Positions 39,097 through 49,868 of a stretch of DNA of 64,000 nucleotides are shown here, piece after piece. The notes beneath the pieces were generated by a model. It saw only the letters and a program-made list of their open reading frames with translations, was not told the DNA's origin and did no database searches. The stretch's first letter is position 1. Every line of letters starts with the position of its first letter. Made by a program: the position numbers and the translations under genes. The stretch is from an uncultured delta proteobacterium (GTDB taxonomy: Bacteria; Desulfobacterota; RBG-13-43-22), in assembly GCA_963802945.1 (NCBI GenBank), contig CAWDKY010000029.1, forward strand, positions 192,001-256,000, written 5' to 3'.

Positions 39097-39837
39097 TTTT
39101 TCCTTAAAAATTCCCAACGGATAATAGGGGATCATTTCATCGTGGACCCGCTGGCAGGCCTGTTCCGGGGTCATCTTCCAGTTGGTGGGACAGGCCGATA
39201 GAAATTCCACAAAGGAAAAGCCTTCTTTCCGAATCTGAACCTCAAAGGCTTTTTTCAGCATTTTTTTGGCCTGCATGAGATTCCTGGGTGTGTTGACCGC
39301 GGCCCGGGCGGAAAAGGACGTTCCATCGATCCCCGCTAGAAGTTCAGCCATTCGGACCGGATATCCTTCCCTCATGACTTCCCGGCCGAAAGGGGAAGTG
39401 GTGGTCGTCTGTCCCAACATCGTGGTCGGGGCCATCTGTCCTCCGGTCATCCCATAAACGGTATTGTTGACAAAAATGATGGTAATATTTTCTCCCCGAT
39501 GGGCGGTATGGATGCCTTCGGCAATGCCCAGTGCGGCCAGGTCTCCGTCCCCCTGGTAAGTAAAGACAAAGTTATCCGGCAAGGCCCTTTTGATCCCCGT
39601 GGCCACGGCTGCTGCCCGTCCATGAGGGGACTCACAGACATCCACTGCAAAATAATCATACATAAAAACCGAACAGCCCACCGAAGCGGCGCAGATGGTT
39701 TTTTCCTGCAGATCATAAGCATCGATACATTCAGCCACCAGACGATGGATGATCCCATGATGACATCCGGGGCAAAAATGAAAAGGCACATCGATTAAAC
39801 ACTTTGGACGTTGAAATACCTGCTTCATATTGTTCAC
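39079..39837 (-). CDS. 2-oxoacid:ferredoxin oxidoreductase beta (TPP-binding) subunit, Vor type
   Basis: [41 protein letters not shown]. Confidence 0.93.
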   Translation of the reverse strand: MNNMKQVFQRPKCLIDVPFHFCPGCHHGIIHRLVAECIDAYDLQEKTICAASVGCSVFMYDYFAVDVCESPHGRAAAVATGIKRALPDNFVFTYQGDGDLAALGIAEGIHTAHRGENITIIFVNNTVYGMTGGQMAPTTMLGQTTTTSPFGREVMREGYPVRMAELLAGIDGTSFSARAAVNTPRNLMQAKKMLKKAFEVQIRKEGFSFVEFLSACPTNWKMTPEQACQRVHDEMIPYYPLGIFKEKQLGSN

Positions 39838-40886
39838 CGATACACTTTCTTGATCTCATCAAACAATTCATTGGGCGTTGGAATCGAACCGGGCGGCCGG
39901 CCATAAAAATCCACCCCGGCCCCTTTATCCACCGACAACTTTACATCCTCAACCATCTGGCCGGTATTGAGTTCGACCACAAAAAACTGATTAATCCTTT
40001 GGGACAGCTGTTTCAAGGCGTCTTCCGGATAAGGGTAAAGGGTCTTGGGACGAAAAAGTCCGACCTTCATGCCCTGGTCCCTGGCCATTTTAATGGAAGA
40101 TTTAATGATGCGGGCCACAGATCCAAAAGAAACCACGATCATATCGGCATCTTCGATCTGATAGGTATCATAGAGTATCTCAGCCTTCATCTGCTGATAC
40201 TTTTTGAAAAGCTTCCAGTTGTGCTCGGTCAAATCCCCTTCATTCAAATAAAGGCTTTTTAAAAATCTGGGTTTTCTGCCCTTGGCCCCGGTCAATATCC
40301 AGGACCTGTCGAATTTCTCGGGTTTATGGGTTCGCATGACAATAGGCTCTTTCATTTGTCCCAACAGGGCATCCCCCAGGATCACCACCGGATTTCGGTA
40401 TTTTTCGGCCAGATCAAAGGCCAATATGGTCAGGTCATAATTTTCCTGGATGGAAAATGGGGCCAGAACGATTGTCCGGTAATCCCCATGTCCTCCGCCC
40501 CGGGTGGCCTGAAAATAATCCCCCTGAGAGGGCGAAATCCCGCCCAAGCCGGGACCGCTGCGGCTCATGTTGACGATGACCCCCGGGATCTCAGACCCGG
40601 CCAAGTAGGATATCCCTTCCTGTTTTAAGGAAATCCCCGGACTGGAAGAAGAGGTCATAGCCCTGCCTCCGGTGGCCCCCACACCCAAGAGCATATTGAT
40701 AGAGGCGATTTCACTTTCGGCCTGAATAAAAACCCCACCCACTTCCGGCAGGTGTTTGGACAAATATTCCGGGATTTCATTTTGGGGTGTGATGGGATAT
40801 CCGAAATAAAATTTACAGCCGGCGGCTATGGCCCCCCTGGCAATGGCCTCGTTTCCATTCACTAATTCAATTTTGGGGTTTGACAT
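39834..40886 (-). CDS. 2-oxoacid:ferredoxin oxidoreductase alpha subunit (VorB-like, 2-oxoisovalerate type)
   Basis: [47 protein letters not shown]. Confidence 0.93.
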   Translation of the reverse strand: MSNPKIELVNGNEAIARGAIAAGCKFYFGYPITPQNEIPEYLSKHLPEVGGVFIQAESEIASINMLLGVGATGGRAMTSSSSPGISLKQEGISYLAGSEIPGVIVNMSRSGPGLGGISPSQGDYFQATRGGGHGDYRTIVLAPFSIQENYDLTILAFDLAEKYRNPVVILGDALLGQMKEPIVMRTHKPEKFDRSWILTGAKGRKPRFLKSLYLNEGDLTEHNWKLFKKYQQMKAEILYDTYQIEDADMIVVSFGSVARIIKSSIKMARDQGMKVGLFRPKTLYPYPEDALKQLSQRINQFFVVELNTGQMVEDVKLSVDKGAGVDFYGRPPGSIPTPNELFDEIKKVYR

Positions 40887-40921
40887 AACAACTCCTTTAT
40901 CTTTTTAAACCAAAATCTCTT

Positions 40922-41055
40922 CAAGCCGATTAAACGGTTCCGGTGCAAGGTGTCCTCATTTCAAGGCAAGAGGAAGGCTTTGAAATTCGCTGAATGAGGA
41001 GGAATTAGGCCGATCCCGCTCAAAGCGGGAGAGATGGGCGTTTTCGACCAACCTG
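40922..41055. mobile_element. Degenerate relative of the MITE at 10683-10806
   Basis: Right end AGATGGGCGTTTTCGACCAACCTG resembles AGATGGGCCTTTTTCAGCAACCTG; left end weakly similar. Confidence 0.5.
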
Positions 41056-41063
41056 TTTAACCT

Positions 41064-41267
41064 TCACTTCCAGACTTCGATGACCACATCAGGGCACATC
41101 TCGGCACAGAGTGCACATCCGGTACATTGCGCATCCGAAGTTATACAAGCCACGGTATAACCCTGATTGTTCAGCTTATCACTGATGATGATACTTTTTT
41201 TCGGGCAGGCCAGAACACAAAGCCCGCACCCCTTGCATCGTTCTTCTTGAAAGGCTACTTTCGGCAT
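41064..41267 (-). CDS. 2x[4Fe-4S] ferredoxin, delta subunit of the oxidoreductase
   Basis: CKGCGLCVLACP and CTGCALCAEMCP. Confidence 0.93.
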   Translation of the reverse strand: MPKVAFQEERCKGCGLCVLACPKKSIIISDKLNNQGYTVACITSDAQCTGCALCAEMCPDVVIEVWK

Positions 41268-41379
41268 AGCTATTTCCTATATTGAATTGAAGCTCCTTGT
41301 TTCCAAAGGCAAGAGATCTTCCCTATTTGTTTTTTATAAAAATGGATCCACAGCCAACCGTTTTTAAACATGGTCCCCC

Positions 41380-42321
41380 TTAACCTTTTTCGGCAGTCAA
41401 AAAGGCATCCAAGGACTTCAGGTCTTCGACATTATAAGCCTGATAGGCATAATCCCTGGGCAGACATTTTCGAATCAAACCGATGAGGACTTTCTTGGGA
41501 CCCACTTCAACAAAGCGGGATACCCCCTGGGCCATCAGGTTGTTGACCAGTTCCTTCCAGCGGACCGGCTGTCCGATCTGTTGTCCCATGATTTCTTTTA
41601 TTTTTTTCGGATCGTTTTCAGATTTTCCGGTCACATTTAAGAACAGGCTGCACCGGGGAGGATTAAATGGAATGGAGTCCAGCATGTTCTTAAAGGCATC
41701 CATAGCCTCCTTCATCAAAGGGCTGTGCCAGGCTCCGCTGACCGCCAGAGGAATAGCCTTACCGCCGGCTTGAGACACCTGTTGGGAAGCTTTTTCAACC
41801 AACTCTTTGGTCCCCGAAATAACAGTTTGCTCCGGTGTATTATAGTTGGCAGCGCCAATGGCCCCCTCCTGTTTCAGTTTTAATAGGATGGTTTCCAGAG
41901 TTTCAGAAGACAACCCCATAACGGCTGCCATGGCCCCAGGGTATTTCTGGGACGCCTGATTCATCAGGACTCCCCGAACCTTAACCAGCCTCAAGGTATC
42001 CTCCAGACCAAGCACCCCGGCGGCATAAAGGGCTGAATATTCTCCCAGACTATGGCCGGCCACTACCTCCGACTTCACCCCTTTTTCTTCCAAACAGGCC
42101 AAAACAGCCAGATTGACGGTAGTAATGGCCGGCTGTAAATTGACGGTCAAAGTCAGGTCTTCCAAAGGCCCCTCAAAACATAATGCTTTCAACGGCATCC
42201 GGGTTATCTCATCCGCTTTTTCAAAAAATTCCCTGGCCGCAGGGCTTTGGTCATAAAGTTCTTTACCCATTCCGACATACTGGGAACTTTGTCCGGGAAA
42301 TAAAAAGGCCTTGGGGGTCAT
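41380..42321 (-). CDS. fabD: Malonyl-CoA:ACP transacylase
   Basis: FLFPGQ, GHSLGEY, LAVSGAWHS, EVGP. Confidence 0.95.
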   Translation of the reverse strand: MTPKAFLFPGQSSQYVGMGKELYDQSPAAREFFEKADEITRMPLKALCFEGPLEDLTLTVNLQPAITTVNLAVLACLEEKGVKSEVVAGHSLGEYSALYAAGVLGLEDTLRLVKVRGVLMNQASQKYPGAMAAVMGLSSETLETILLKLKQEGAIGAANYNTPEQTVISGTKELVEKASQQVSQAGGKAIPLAVSGAWHSPLMKEAMDAFKNMLDSIPFNPPRCSLFLNVTGKSENDPKKIKEIMGQQIGQPVRWKELVNNLMAQGVSRFVEVGPKKVLIGLIRKCLPRDYAYQAYNVEDLKSLDAFLTAEKG

Positions 42322-42400
42322 AAAAGTTTTCTCCTGGCAAATTTTGCTTTATATATAAGGGGAAAACTATTACATTTCAAGAAAAAACGAACAGTGATGA

Positions 42401-42429
42401 TTGACTTTTTTAAATCTTTGGACTATATT
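42401..42429 (+). promoter_or_regulatory. sigma70 promoter for hpt
   Basis: TTGACT-17 bp-TATATT. Confidence 0.6.
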
Positions 42430-42452
42430 TCCACAAGAAAGGAATAAAAGCG

Positions 42453-42980
42453 ATGCCATTTCCAGCCAATAAAGAACGCCTATATTCCCAGCGGGAGATC
42501 CAGAAAAGGGTCAAAGAACTCGCCCGCTCTATTTCAAAAGATTATAAAAAAGAGGAATTGATCTTGATCGGAGTTTTAAAAGGAGCCTTTGTGTTCATGT
42601 CCGACCTGGCCAGAAATCTCTCCATCCCCGTTAAGATGGATTTTGTCCGCCTGGCCAGCTATGGCAGTGGGAGTAAAAGTCAGGGGAAAATCCGATTCAC
42701 CAAAGCCATTGAACTCCCGATTAGAGACAAACATATTCTGGTGGTTGAAGACATTGTCGACAGCGGAATGACTTTGAAATTCCTTCAAGAGTTCCTGAAA
42801 AAAGAAAACCCAAAATCCGTGCGGATTTGTGCCTTGGTTGACAAGAGTGAACGACGGGAAGTTCCGATCACCATTGATTATTGCGGATTTTCCGTTCCCA
42901 AAGGATTTATTGTGGGCTACGGGCTGGACTTTGATGAACAATATCGCCACCTCCCGGGGCTTTATCACCTTCATTTTTAA
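42453..42980 (+). CDS. hpt: Hypoxanthine phosphoribosyltransferase
   Basis: GVLKGAFVFMSDL, LVVEDIVDSGMTL, FIVGYGLD. Confidence 0.96.
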   Translation: MPFPANKERLYSQREIQKRVKELARSISKDYKKEELILIGVLKGAFVFMSDLARNLSIPVKMDFVRLASYGSGSKSQGKIRFTKAIELPIRDKHILVVEDIVDSGMTLKFLQEFLKKENPKSVRICALVDKSERREVPITIDYCGFSVPKGFIVGYGLDFDEQYRHLPGLYHLHF

Positions 42981-42997
42981 TCCTTTGTTTTTTTCGA

Positions 42998-43807
42998 TTG
43001 GTTAAGGAGGCCTGCTTGATTATCCGCTGTGAAAAGTGTTCTACGGCTTATCAGTTAGATCAAAAACATATTGAACCCTTTGGGTCCAAGGTCCGTTGCA
43101 GTCGGTGCGGTCATATTTTTTGGGCTGAACCCCCTTCTCTTTCAGAAGCCCTTGATTCCCAGAAATCAACTCCGGACCAGGAGCCTTTCCTGGAGATTGG
43201 AGATGAAGAAGGATTGGTGGCCAGGCAAATGCGACCGGTCCGGAAAACCCTTTGGACTTTGATAACCGTTGGAATAATCCTTTTGGTTGCCATAGCTGCC
43301 CGCTTTTTCTATATTCAATATCTGCATCCCAGTTGGAGTATGGGCGATACCTGGTCAAAGGTTTTTTTTCTTCCGGCGGATCCTGATGGAATCCAAAAAA
43401 TAAGTCTGATCAATGTCAAAAAATATTTTAAAGAGAATGAAAAAATAGGCCGGTTTTTTGTCATCGAGGGGGAGATCAAAAACGGCTATCCAACTATCCG
43501 ACAAAGGATCAGGATCCGAGGCGCACTGAAAACAGCCGAAAATAAAGTAGCTCTCTCTCGTGAAGTCTTTGCCGGCTGGACTTTGACCCCCGAAGAATTG
43601 GAAACCCTTTCTTTTGAAGAAATCGACCGGCTACGTTCAACCCAACCCGAACGGTTTTCCAGCAATGTCCGGGTCTTACCAGGTAAAACGCTTCCTTTTA
43701 TGATCCTTTTTCCGGCTCTGCCTCCTGGTTCGACCCAGGTCTCCATAGAAGTTGTCGGTTCCCAAAAAAATCAATCTCTCTCATTCCTTAACTTATTTTT
43801 AGGGTAA
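42998..43807 (+). CDS. Zinc-ribbon (MJ0042-type) / DUF3426-like membrane protein
   Basis: CEKCSTAY..KVRCSRCGHIF, one TM helix, FVIEGEIKN; start uncertain. Confidence 0.8.
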   Translation: MVKEACLIIRCEKCSTAYQLDQKHIEPFGSKVRCSRCGHIFWAEPPSLSEALDSQKSTPDQEPFLEIGDEEGLVARQMRPVRKTLWTLITVGIILLVAIAARFFYIQYLHPSWSMGDTWSKVFFLPADPDGIQKISLINVKKYFKENEKIGRFFVIEGEIKNGYPTIRQRIRIRGALKTAENKVALSREVFAGWTLTPEELETLSFEEIDRLRSTQPERFSSNVRVLPGKTLPFMILFPALPPGSTQVSIEVVGSQKNQSLSFLNLFLG

Positions 43808-44812
43808 ATGCGGTTCACTACCCGTTTCATTTTCGACCTAATTATTTTTTCCTTAATACTTATTGGGGGTTGTATCGGGTTTATGGTCATCGAAGGCTGG
43901 GATGGCCTGGAAGCCTTATATATGACGGTCATCACTATTACCACTGTGGGTTTTCAGGAAGTCCACCCTTTAAGCCGAGGCGGGAGAATTTTTACTATGT
44001 TTCTGATCTTCTCCGGGGTGGGATTTATGTTTTATTTTCTGGGTAGTTTAGCCAGGATGATGGTGGAAGGAACCATAAAAGATATTTTCGGGAGGAGAAA
44101 GTTGGAAAAACAGATCAGCCAAATCAGCGGACACTATATTATTTGCGGTTTCGGCCGCATCGGCCGGACCGTAAGCCAGCTTTTGACGGAGAAACCGATA
44201 GAAGTGGTCGTTATTGAAAAGGACCTCGATACTATCCCCATCTTTCAAGAAAAGAAAATGCTATATGTCATAGGGGAGGCCACATCGGAAGAGAATCTAC
44301 TCAAGGCAGGTATTGTACGGGCCAAGGGGCTGGTGGCTGCAGTTTCTTCCGATGCGGATAATGTTTATATCTCTTTGACGGCTCGCGGACTGAACCCTGA
44401 TTTATTTATTTTGGCCCGAGCGGCGGAAGAATCTTCCATAACAAAATTAACCCGGGCCGGAGCCGACAAGGTGATCTCACCTTATGAAATCGGGGCCCGC
44501 ATCATGGCCAATAGAATCCTGCGCCCCACGGTCATTGATTTTATTGAACTGGCCATGCACAATCACAATCTGGACCTCCAGATGGAAGAATTGACTGTGG
44601 GGGAACAATCCGAAATCAAAAACCTGACCTTGATGGAATCGGACATCCGTAAAAATTATGACCTGATCGTGGTGGCTATCAAGAAAAAATCAGGGGAAAT
44701 GATTTTCAATCCTTCTTCCCAGGCCAAGATCCAGGTTGGGGATATATTGGTCGCCTTAGGGGACCGGAAAAACCTGACCCTCCTGGAAAAGAAATTGGGG
44801 ATTATAACATAA
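43808..44812 (+). CDS. Potassium channel with TrkA-N/TrkA-C (RCK) domains
   Basis: TITTVGF pore motif, ICGFGRIG, C-terminal TrkA-C. Confidence 0.93.
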   Translation: MRFTTRFIFDLIIFSLILIGGCIGFMVIEGWDGLEALYMTVITITTVGFQEVHPLSRGGRIFTMFLIFSGVGFMFYFLGSLARMMVEGTIKDIFGRRKLEKQISQISGHYIICGFGRIGRTVSQLLTEKPIEVVVIEKDLDTIPIFQEKKMLYVIGEATSEENLLKAGIVRAKGLVAAVSSDADNVYISLTARGLNPDLFILARAAEESSITKLTRAGADKVISPYEIGARIMANRILRPTVIDFIELAMHNHNLDLQMEELTVGEQSEIKNLTLMESDIRKNYDLIVVAIKKKSGEMIFNPSSQAKIQVGDILVALGDRKNLTLLEKKLGIIT

Positions 44813-44824
44813 TCCCTTTTCAAA

Positions 44825-44919
44825 GAATTTTAGAAGCTGGAATCCGGTAGACAGTATTTAGAATAAATCAATTATACGATCTGAATTTATAATTCCGTAT
44901 TTTGAATCCTGGATTCTTA
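44825..44919. repeat. Heptamer inverted arrays (CAGAAT-like family)
   Basis: TAGAAGCTGGAATCCGGTAGACAGTATTTAGAAT opposite ATTCCGTATTTTGAATCCTGGATTCT. Confidence 0.6.
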
Positions 44920-44987
44920 TCGTCACAAACTAAGTCATCCCTGTTTATTATTTAGGAAAACCCCAAACAGTTAAAGGTGTCTATTCA

Positions 44988-46169
44988 ATGTCCGGTCCGC
45001 TTTTGGGTTTAAAGATATTAGACTTTACCACCTTATTGCCCGGTCCTTATGCCACCATGATGCTGGCCGATCTCGGGGCCGATGTACTCCGGGTTGTGTC
45101 CGGCTCTCGCCCGGACTTAACCAGCCTGATGCCTCCTTTTATCGAAGGGACAGAGATTTCCGCCGCTTCGGCTTATTTAGGTCGCGGCAAACGTTCCATG
45201 AACTTGAATTTGAAAGATCCGAGAGGCGTCCGTATCGTCCATCAACTGATTACCTCTTATGATATTTTAATTGAGCAATTTCGTCCGGGTGTCATGGCCA
45301 ATTTCGGTCTGGATTATCCCAGCCTGAAAGAACATAATCCGTCTCTCATCTATTGCTCCCTGACCGGCTATGGTCAAACCGGTCCCCTGACCGGTCGGGC
45401 CGGACACGATATCAATTATCTTTCCCGATCCGGCCTCATGTCCTATTCGGGCCGCAAAGACACCGGGCCGGTTCTGACCGGAGTGCAGATCGCCGATGTC
45501 GCTTCAGGGTCCTACAATGCCATCATCGGCCTTTTGGCTGCGATCATTGCCCGTCAGACCACAGGGAAAGGCCAGCAGGTTGATATTTCCATGACCGACG
45601 GCGTGATCGCCTTTAATGCTTTAGTGGGTGCCTCATTTCTGATAGACGGCCAAGAACCGGGACGGGAAGGCTATATTTTAAGTGGTGGCTCTTTATATGA
45701 TTTTTATGAAACAAAGGATGGACTTTTCATCAGCTTTGGCGGTCTGGAACCTCAATTTTTTGCCGCCTTTTGTCAGGGTATCGGGAGGCCCGACCTGATC
45801 ACGGGTGGCGTCCTCCCTCCGGATGTTTATCAGGTCAAACAAGAAATACGCCAGATCATAAAAACCAAGGCACGGGATGAATGGACTGCAATTTTTCAGC
45901 AATGGGATGCCTGTGTAGAACCGGTATTGACTTTGGCCGAGGCCCTGAACGATCCCCTGGTTCGGGAGAGAGGAATGGTCGTCTCGCTTTCCCTGCCCGG
46001 AGGGGGCCAGGTTAAGCAGTTAGCTCATCCTATTAAATTTTCTGAGACCCCTTCGCAATATGACCAAGTGGGTTTACCGGCTGGAACCCATACCCGGGAG
46101 GTCCTGTTGGAACTCGGGTATACCGAGCAGGAGATAAAGGAATTTGAAGAGACGGGATTGTTTACCTGA
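44988..46169 (+). CDS. Class III CoA-transferase (CaiB/BaiF, AMACR-like)
   Basis: LLPGPYATMMLADLGADV, RGKRS, FRPGV, GHDINY. Confidence 0.93.
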   Translation: MSGPLLGLKILDFTTLLPGPYATMMLADLGADVLRVVSGSRPDLTSLMPPFIEGTEISAASAYLGRGKRSMNLNLKDPRGVRIVHQLITSYDILIEQFRPGVMANFGLDYPSLKEHNPSLIYCSLTGYGQTGPLTGRAGHDINYLSRSGLMSYSGRKDTGPVLTGVQIADVASGSYNAIIGLLAAIIARQTTGKGQQVDISMTDGVIAFNALVGASFLIDGQEPGREGYILSGGSLYDFYETKDGLFISFGGLEPQFFAAFCQGIGRPDLITGGVLPPDVYQVKQEIRQIIKTKARDEWTAIFQQWDACVEPVLTLAEALNDPLVRERGMVVSLSLPGGGQVKQLAHPIKFSETPSQYDQVGLPAGTHTREVLLELGYTEQEIKEFEETGLFT

Positions 46170-46181
46170 AGGGACGAATGG

Positions 46182-46748
46182 ATGAATACACATATACCGG
46201 ATCGTGAAGAGGCCTGGATATTACTCCGGCAATACAACCAAAACGAAGCCCTGATCCACCACGCCCTGGCCGTGGAGGCAGCGATGCGCTATCTGGCCCG
46301 AAAAAGGGGGGCCGACGAAGAACAATGGGGGGTCATCGGCCTGATCCACGATCTGGATTATGAGAAATTCCCGGAGCAGCATTGTCATAAAACCAAAACC
46401 ATTTTGGAGGAACAGGGCTGGCCTGAGGATTATGTCCGGGCGGTCATCTCTCATGGCTGGGGTTTATGCAACGACGTGGGGCCGGAAACGGATCTGGAAA
46501 AATGCCTTTACACCATTGACGAATTAACCGGTCTGGTCACGGCCGCCGCTCTGGTTAGGCCATCCAAAAGCGTCCTGGACCTGGAGGCCAAATCGGTCCT
46601 GAAAAAATGGAAGCAGAAAAATTTTGCCGCCGGGGTCAACCGGGAGGTCATCGAAAAAGGCCTTCAAATGCTGGGGATAGGTTTGGAGGAACTCATCCAG
46701 GATGTCGTCATGGGCATGCGGGAAGTAGCCGGAGAGATAGGGTTGTAA
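46182..46748 (+). CDS. HD(IG)-domain hydrolase
   Basis: HALAVEAAM, GLIHDLDYE, DELTGL..RPSKS..FAAGVNRE. Confidence 0.9.
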   Translation: MNTHIPDREEAWILLRQYNQNEALIHHALAVEAAMRYLARKRGADEEQWGVIGLIHDLDYEKFPEQHCHKTKTILEEQGWPEDYVRAVISHGWGLCNDVGPETDLEKCLYTIDELTGLVTAAALVRPSKSVLDLEAKSVLKKWKQKNFAAGVNREVIEKGLQMLGIGLEELIQDVVMGMREVAGEIGL

Positions 46749-46781
46749 GAATAGGATCATCGGCAAAAGCATTGCCGATGA

Positions 46782-46860
46782 TCGAAGGATTCGAGGATTC
46801 AAGGGGCCAAGGATTCAAGGGAAAGGCGTGGAGGTAAAACCACTCGAACCCTCGAATCCT
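46782..46860. repeat. Octamer inverted arrays
   Basis: TCGAAGGA-TTCGAGGA-TTCAAGGG-GCCAAGGA-TTCAAGGG opposite CACTCGAA-CCCTCGAA-TCCT. Confidence 0.75.
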
Positions 46861-46934
46861 ATTTCCGTATAAAAATAGCCAAGGATAAATCACGCTCGAA
46901 ATCGTGAATTTAAAACTTCCAATGGAGATTTATT

Positions 46935-47804
46935 ATGAGCTGGGTTGTGATCGACGAAGAAAACTGTACGGGATGCGGTATCTGCGCCGTCAGATGTCCG
47001 AGATGTTACACCAACAATAGAGGAGAAATTACCACGGATGCTAATGAGGAGACCTGTATCCTCTGCGGACACTGTGTGTCTCTTTGCCCGGCCGGGGCCA
47101 TCACCCATTCGAAATTAAGGCCGAAAGACTTTCTGGGAATCACCCAAAACACCCAACTGGATACGAATACATTCATCCATTTTCTCAAGGAGCGGCGCAG
47201 CCACAGACATTTCCTCAAAAAAAGGGTCCCTAAAAAAGAGCTGGAACTCCTGATGGAGGCTTGCCGGTGGGCGCCGACGGGAAGCAATGTTCAGAACGTG
47301 GAAGTCATTGTCTATACGGATCCGGAGAAAATCTCAAAGTTATCCGATTTGACTATTGAGTATTTCTCCTGGATCGGAGAACGAGTCAAGAAAAAAATTG
47401 CCAGGCTTGAAGCCGAAGGCCAGCAGGATACTCCGGACTATAAGATGACCCTTCGTTTGCTCGGGCTCGGGGAACGGATGGCTCGTGACAAAAAATCCGG
47501 TCGGGATCCGATTTTTTACCAGGCCCCTGTTCTGATGATTTTTCATTCTCCTGTATTGACCAGCGCCCCTAAGGATAATTGCGTCCTGGCCGCCCAGACC
47601 GTGGCCCTCACTGCCCGGACCATGGCCTTGGAATCATGCTTCATAGGCGTTACGGAAGCGGCGGCCGAATATTATCCGCCCTTGAAAGAGGAACTTAAAC
47701 TTCCGCCGGACCATAAGGTGTTTGATATGATGATTCTGGGGTATCCCAAACTGAGATTCTTAAAAACCGTGCCTAGAAAACCCATTAAGGTCAGGTGGGA
47801 ATAA
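46935..47804 (+). CDS. Nitroreductase family protein with N-terminal 2x[4Fe-4S] domain
   Basis: CTGCGICAVRCP, CILCGHCVSLCP, RRSHRHF, APTGSNVQ, LGYP. Confidence 0.92.
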   Translation: MSWVVIDEENCTGCGICAVRCPRCYTNNRGEITTDANEETCILCGHCVSLCPAGAITHSKLRPKDFLGITQNTQLDTNTFIHFLKERRSHRHFLKKRVPKKELELLMEACRWAPTGSNVQNVEVIVYTDPEKISKLSDLTIEYFSWIGERVKKKIARLEAEGQQDTPDYKMTLRLLGLGERMARDKKSGRDPIFYQAPVLMIFHSPVLTSAPKDNCVLAAQTVALTARTMALESCFIGVTEAAAEYYPPLKEELKLPPDHKVFDMMILGYPKLRFLKTVPRKPIKVRWE

Positions 47805-47835
47805 CAATCAAAGAAAATAGCCATAGGAGGATGCC

Positions 47836-48900
47836 ATGAAAGTACTGGCCCTAAATTCCAGTGCCAGAGTCGGGGATGTGAGCAAAACAGAAATTATGCT
47901 GGACTGTCTGGTCCATGGGATGCGTGAGGCCGGGGCCGAAGTAGAAGTCATTAACCTGCAAAAAAAGAAAATCAGATACTGCAGCGGATGTTTCACCTGC
48001 TGGACCAAAACTCCCGGTCTGTGCATTCACAAAGATGATATGACCAAGGAAATCTTTCCCAAATGGTTAGCCTGCGACCTGTGTGTGCTGGCTACCCCCC
48101 TTTTTCATTATACCATCAATGCCCTAATGAAAACCTTTATCGAAAGAACCCTTCCGGCCGCCTTGCCTTTTTTCGTGGAAAGAGACGGGGTCACAAGGCA
48201 TCCTCGTCGGTACGAATTGCCTTTGGTGGCTGTAATTTCCGTGGCCGGGTTTCCCGAGGAAAGTGTTTTCGATCAGCTCAAGCCTTATATAAACTTCTTA
48301 TTCAGAGACCGATTGGTAGCTGAAATTTATAGAACCTCGGCGGAAATCCTTCGAGCCGACACCAAGAACGAAAAACTAAGGGACATCCTTGCGGCCACAA
48401 TCCAGGCGGGAAAAGAATTAGTTAAAACTGGAAAAATTTCTCCGGAGACCATGGAAAGGATCAAAAACCCCATAACCGACTTCAAAAAAATGGCACCGAT
48501 TGGAAATTGCGCCTGGCAAACCTGTATTGACGAGAGAGTTACCATGGGAGAATTTCAAAAACGGAATATGGTGCCCCGTCCCGATTCGATTGGAACATTC
48601 CTGGCTATCATGAAGATGGCTTTCAACCCCACAAAGGCTGGAGATGCCAAAGTGACCATGCAGTACAACTTCTCCGGCCAGGTGGAAGGCCGCTGTTATT
48701 TTTCCATTGAGAATGGAGAATTAAAGGCAGAGGAGGGGCAAATTGCCAACCCTGACTTGACTATTGAAACACCTTTTGAAGTTTGGATGGATATCCTTAC
48801 CGGTAAAGCCGAAGGGGCTCAGATGCTGATGGACGGCAAATATTCAGTCTCCGGCCAAACAGACCTGCTTCTCAAAATGAACCAATTCTTCGGGGAATAA
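47836..48900 (+). CDS. Iron-sulfur flavoprotein/flavodoxin-like domain fused to a C-terminal SCP2 sterol-carrier domain
   Basis: CSGCFTCWTKTPGLC..DDM, ATPLFHY; C-terminal FNPTKAG..QYNFSG..PDLTIET..W..G..GAQMLMDGKYSVSG. Confidence 0.85.
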   Translation: MKVLALNSSARVGDVSKTEIMLDCLVHGMREAGAEVEVINLQKKKIRYCSGCFTCWTKTPGLCIHKDDMTKEIFPKWLACDLCVLATPLFHYTINALMKTFIERTLPAALPFFVERDGVTRHPRRYELPLVAVISVAGFPEESVFDQLKPYINFLFRDRLVAEIYRTSAEILRADTKNEKLRDILAATIQAGKELVKTGKISPETMERIKNPITDFKKMAPIGNCAWQTCIDERVTMGEFQKRNMVPRPDSIGTFLAIMKMAFNPTKAGDAKVTMQYNFSGQVEGRCYFSIENGELKAEEGQIANPDLTIETPFEVWMDILTGKAEGAQMLMDGKYSVSGQTDLLLKMNQFFGE

Positions 48901-49037
48901 TCAGGAGAGAGACAGGACCGGACCAAGAATCTCGGTTTTTCTTTGGCGGCTGAATTCGTCCATAAAACTGGTGGTTTAACCATACGGTTAAAAAAAACAT
49001 TCGATCAAAGAAGGGTAAATCTGTTCAGCAGGAGGGA

Positions 49038-49736
49038 ATGATCATGCAACTGATATTCATTCATGGTTCCGGAGGCAGCAAAGAATCGTGGTCTTACCAA
49101 ACCCAATATTTTAAAGGCAGTATAGCCTTGGATCTTCCGGGCCACTCGGAAGGAGAACTTATCCCAACTATAGATGGCTATTGCGAATGGCTCCGGGGAT
49201 TCATTCAGGATGCGGGATATCGCCGGGTCGTTCTCGTTGGCCATTCCCTGGGTGGAGGGATAGCCCTGTTGTATGCGGTGAAATATCCTCAGGATGTGGC
49301 CGGCCTGGTTTGCGTGGGCAGCGGTGCCCGGCTCCGGGTCCACCCTATGTTCCTCGAAACGTTGGAAAAGGCCGTTATTGATCCTTCTCAATTCGAAAAA
49401 ACGCCTAACCCCGCCTATGACCTCGTCGACCCTGAATTAAAGGCTGTTCTTAACCGCCGGTACCTGGAAAACGGACCGGCGGTAACGCTCAATGACATGA
49501 AGGCCTGCGACCAATTTGATATCATGGAAAGAATCGCTGAAATCAACATCCCCACCCTGGCCCTGTGCGGAGACCAGGATGTTATGACTCCGCCCAAATA
49601 TTCTCTTTATCTGGCTGGCCACATGCCCAAAGCCAAGGCCTTGGTCATCAAAGGCGGCACCCATATGGTGTTTGCGGAAAAACCGCTGAAGGTGAATCGA
49701 GCGATTGATGAATTTCTTCAAACCATCGATGGATAA
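49038..49736 (+). CDS. Alpha/beta hydrolase
   Basis: FIHGSGG, DLPGH, GHSLGG nucleophile elbow, GDQD, GTHM. Confidence 0.93.
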   Translation: MIMQLIFIHGSGGSKESWSYQTQYFKGSIALDLPGHSEGELIPTIDGYCEWLRGFIQDAGYRRVVLVGHSLGGGIALLYAVKYPQDVAGLVCVGSGARLRVHPMFLETLEKAVIDPSQFEKTPNPAYDLVDPELKAVLNRRYLENGPAVTLNDMKACDQFDIMERIAEINIPTLALCGDQDVMTPPKYSLYLAGHMPKAKALVIKGGTHMVFAEKPLKVNRAIDEFLQTIDG

Positions 49737-49832
49737 GCCAGCTTTTACCAAGGCGATTCTTTGCTATCTAACCATTTCCTGAATTTCCAAAAACAGATGG
49801 ATAAGATACTTAGAAATCTTCCCCAAGCAGCC

Positions 49833-49861
49833 TTGCATTTTTAGGCTGATCTAAGTAGACT
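49833..49861 (+). promoter_or_regulatory. sigma70-like promoter immediately before queC (leaderless candidate)
   Basis: TTGCAT-17 bp-TAGACT, 7 nt before ATG 49869, no SD. Confidence 0.5.
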
Positions 49862-49868
49862 ACAGATA

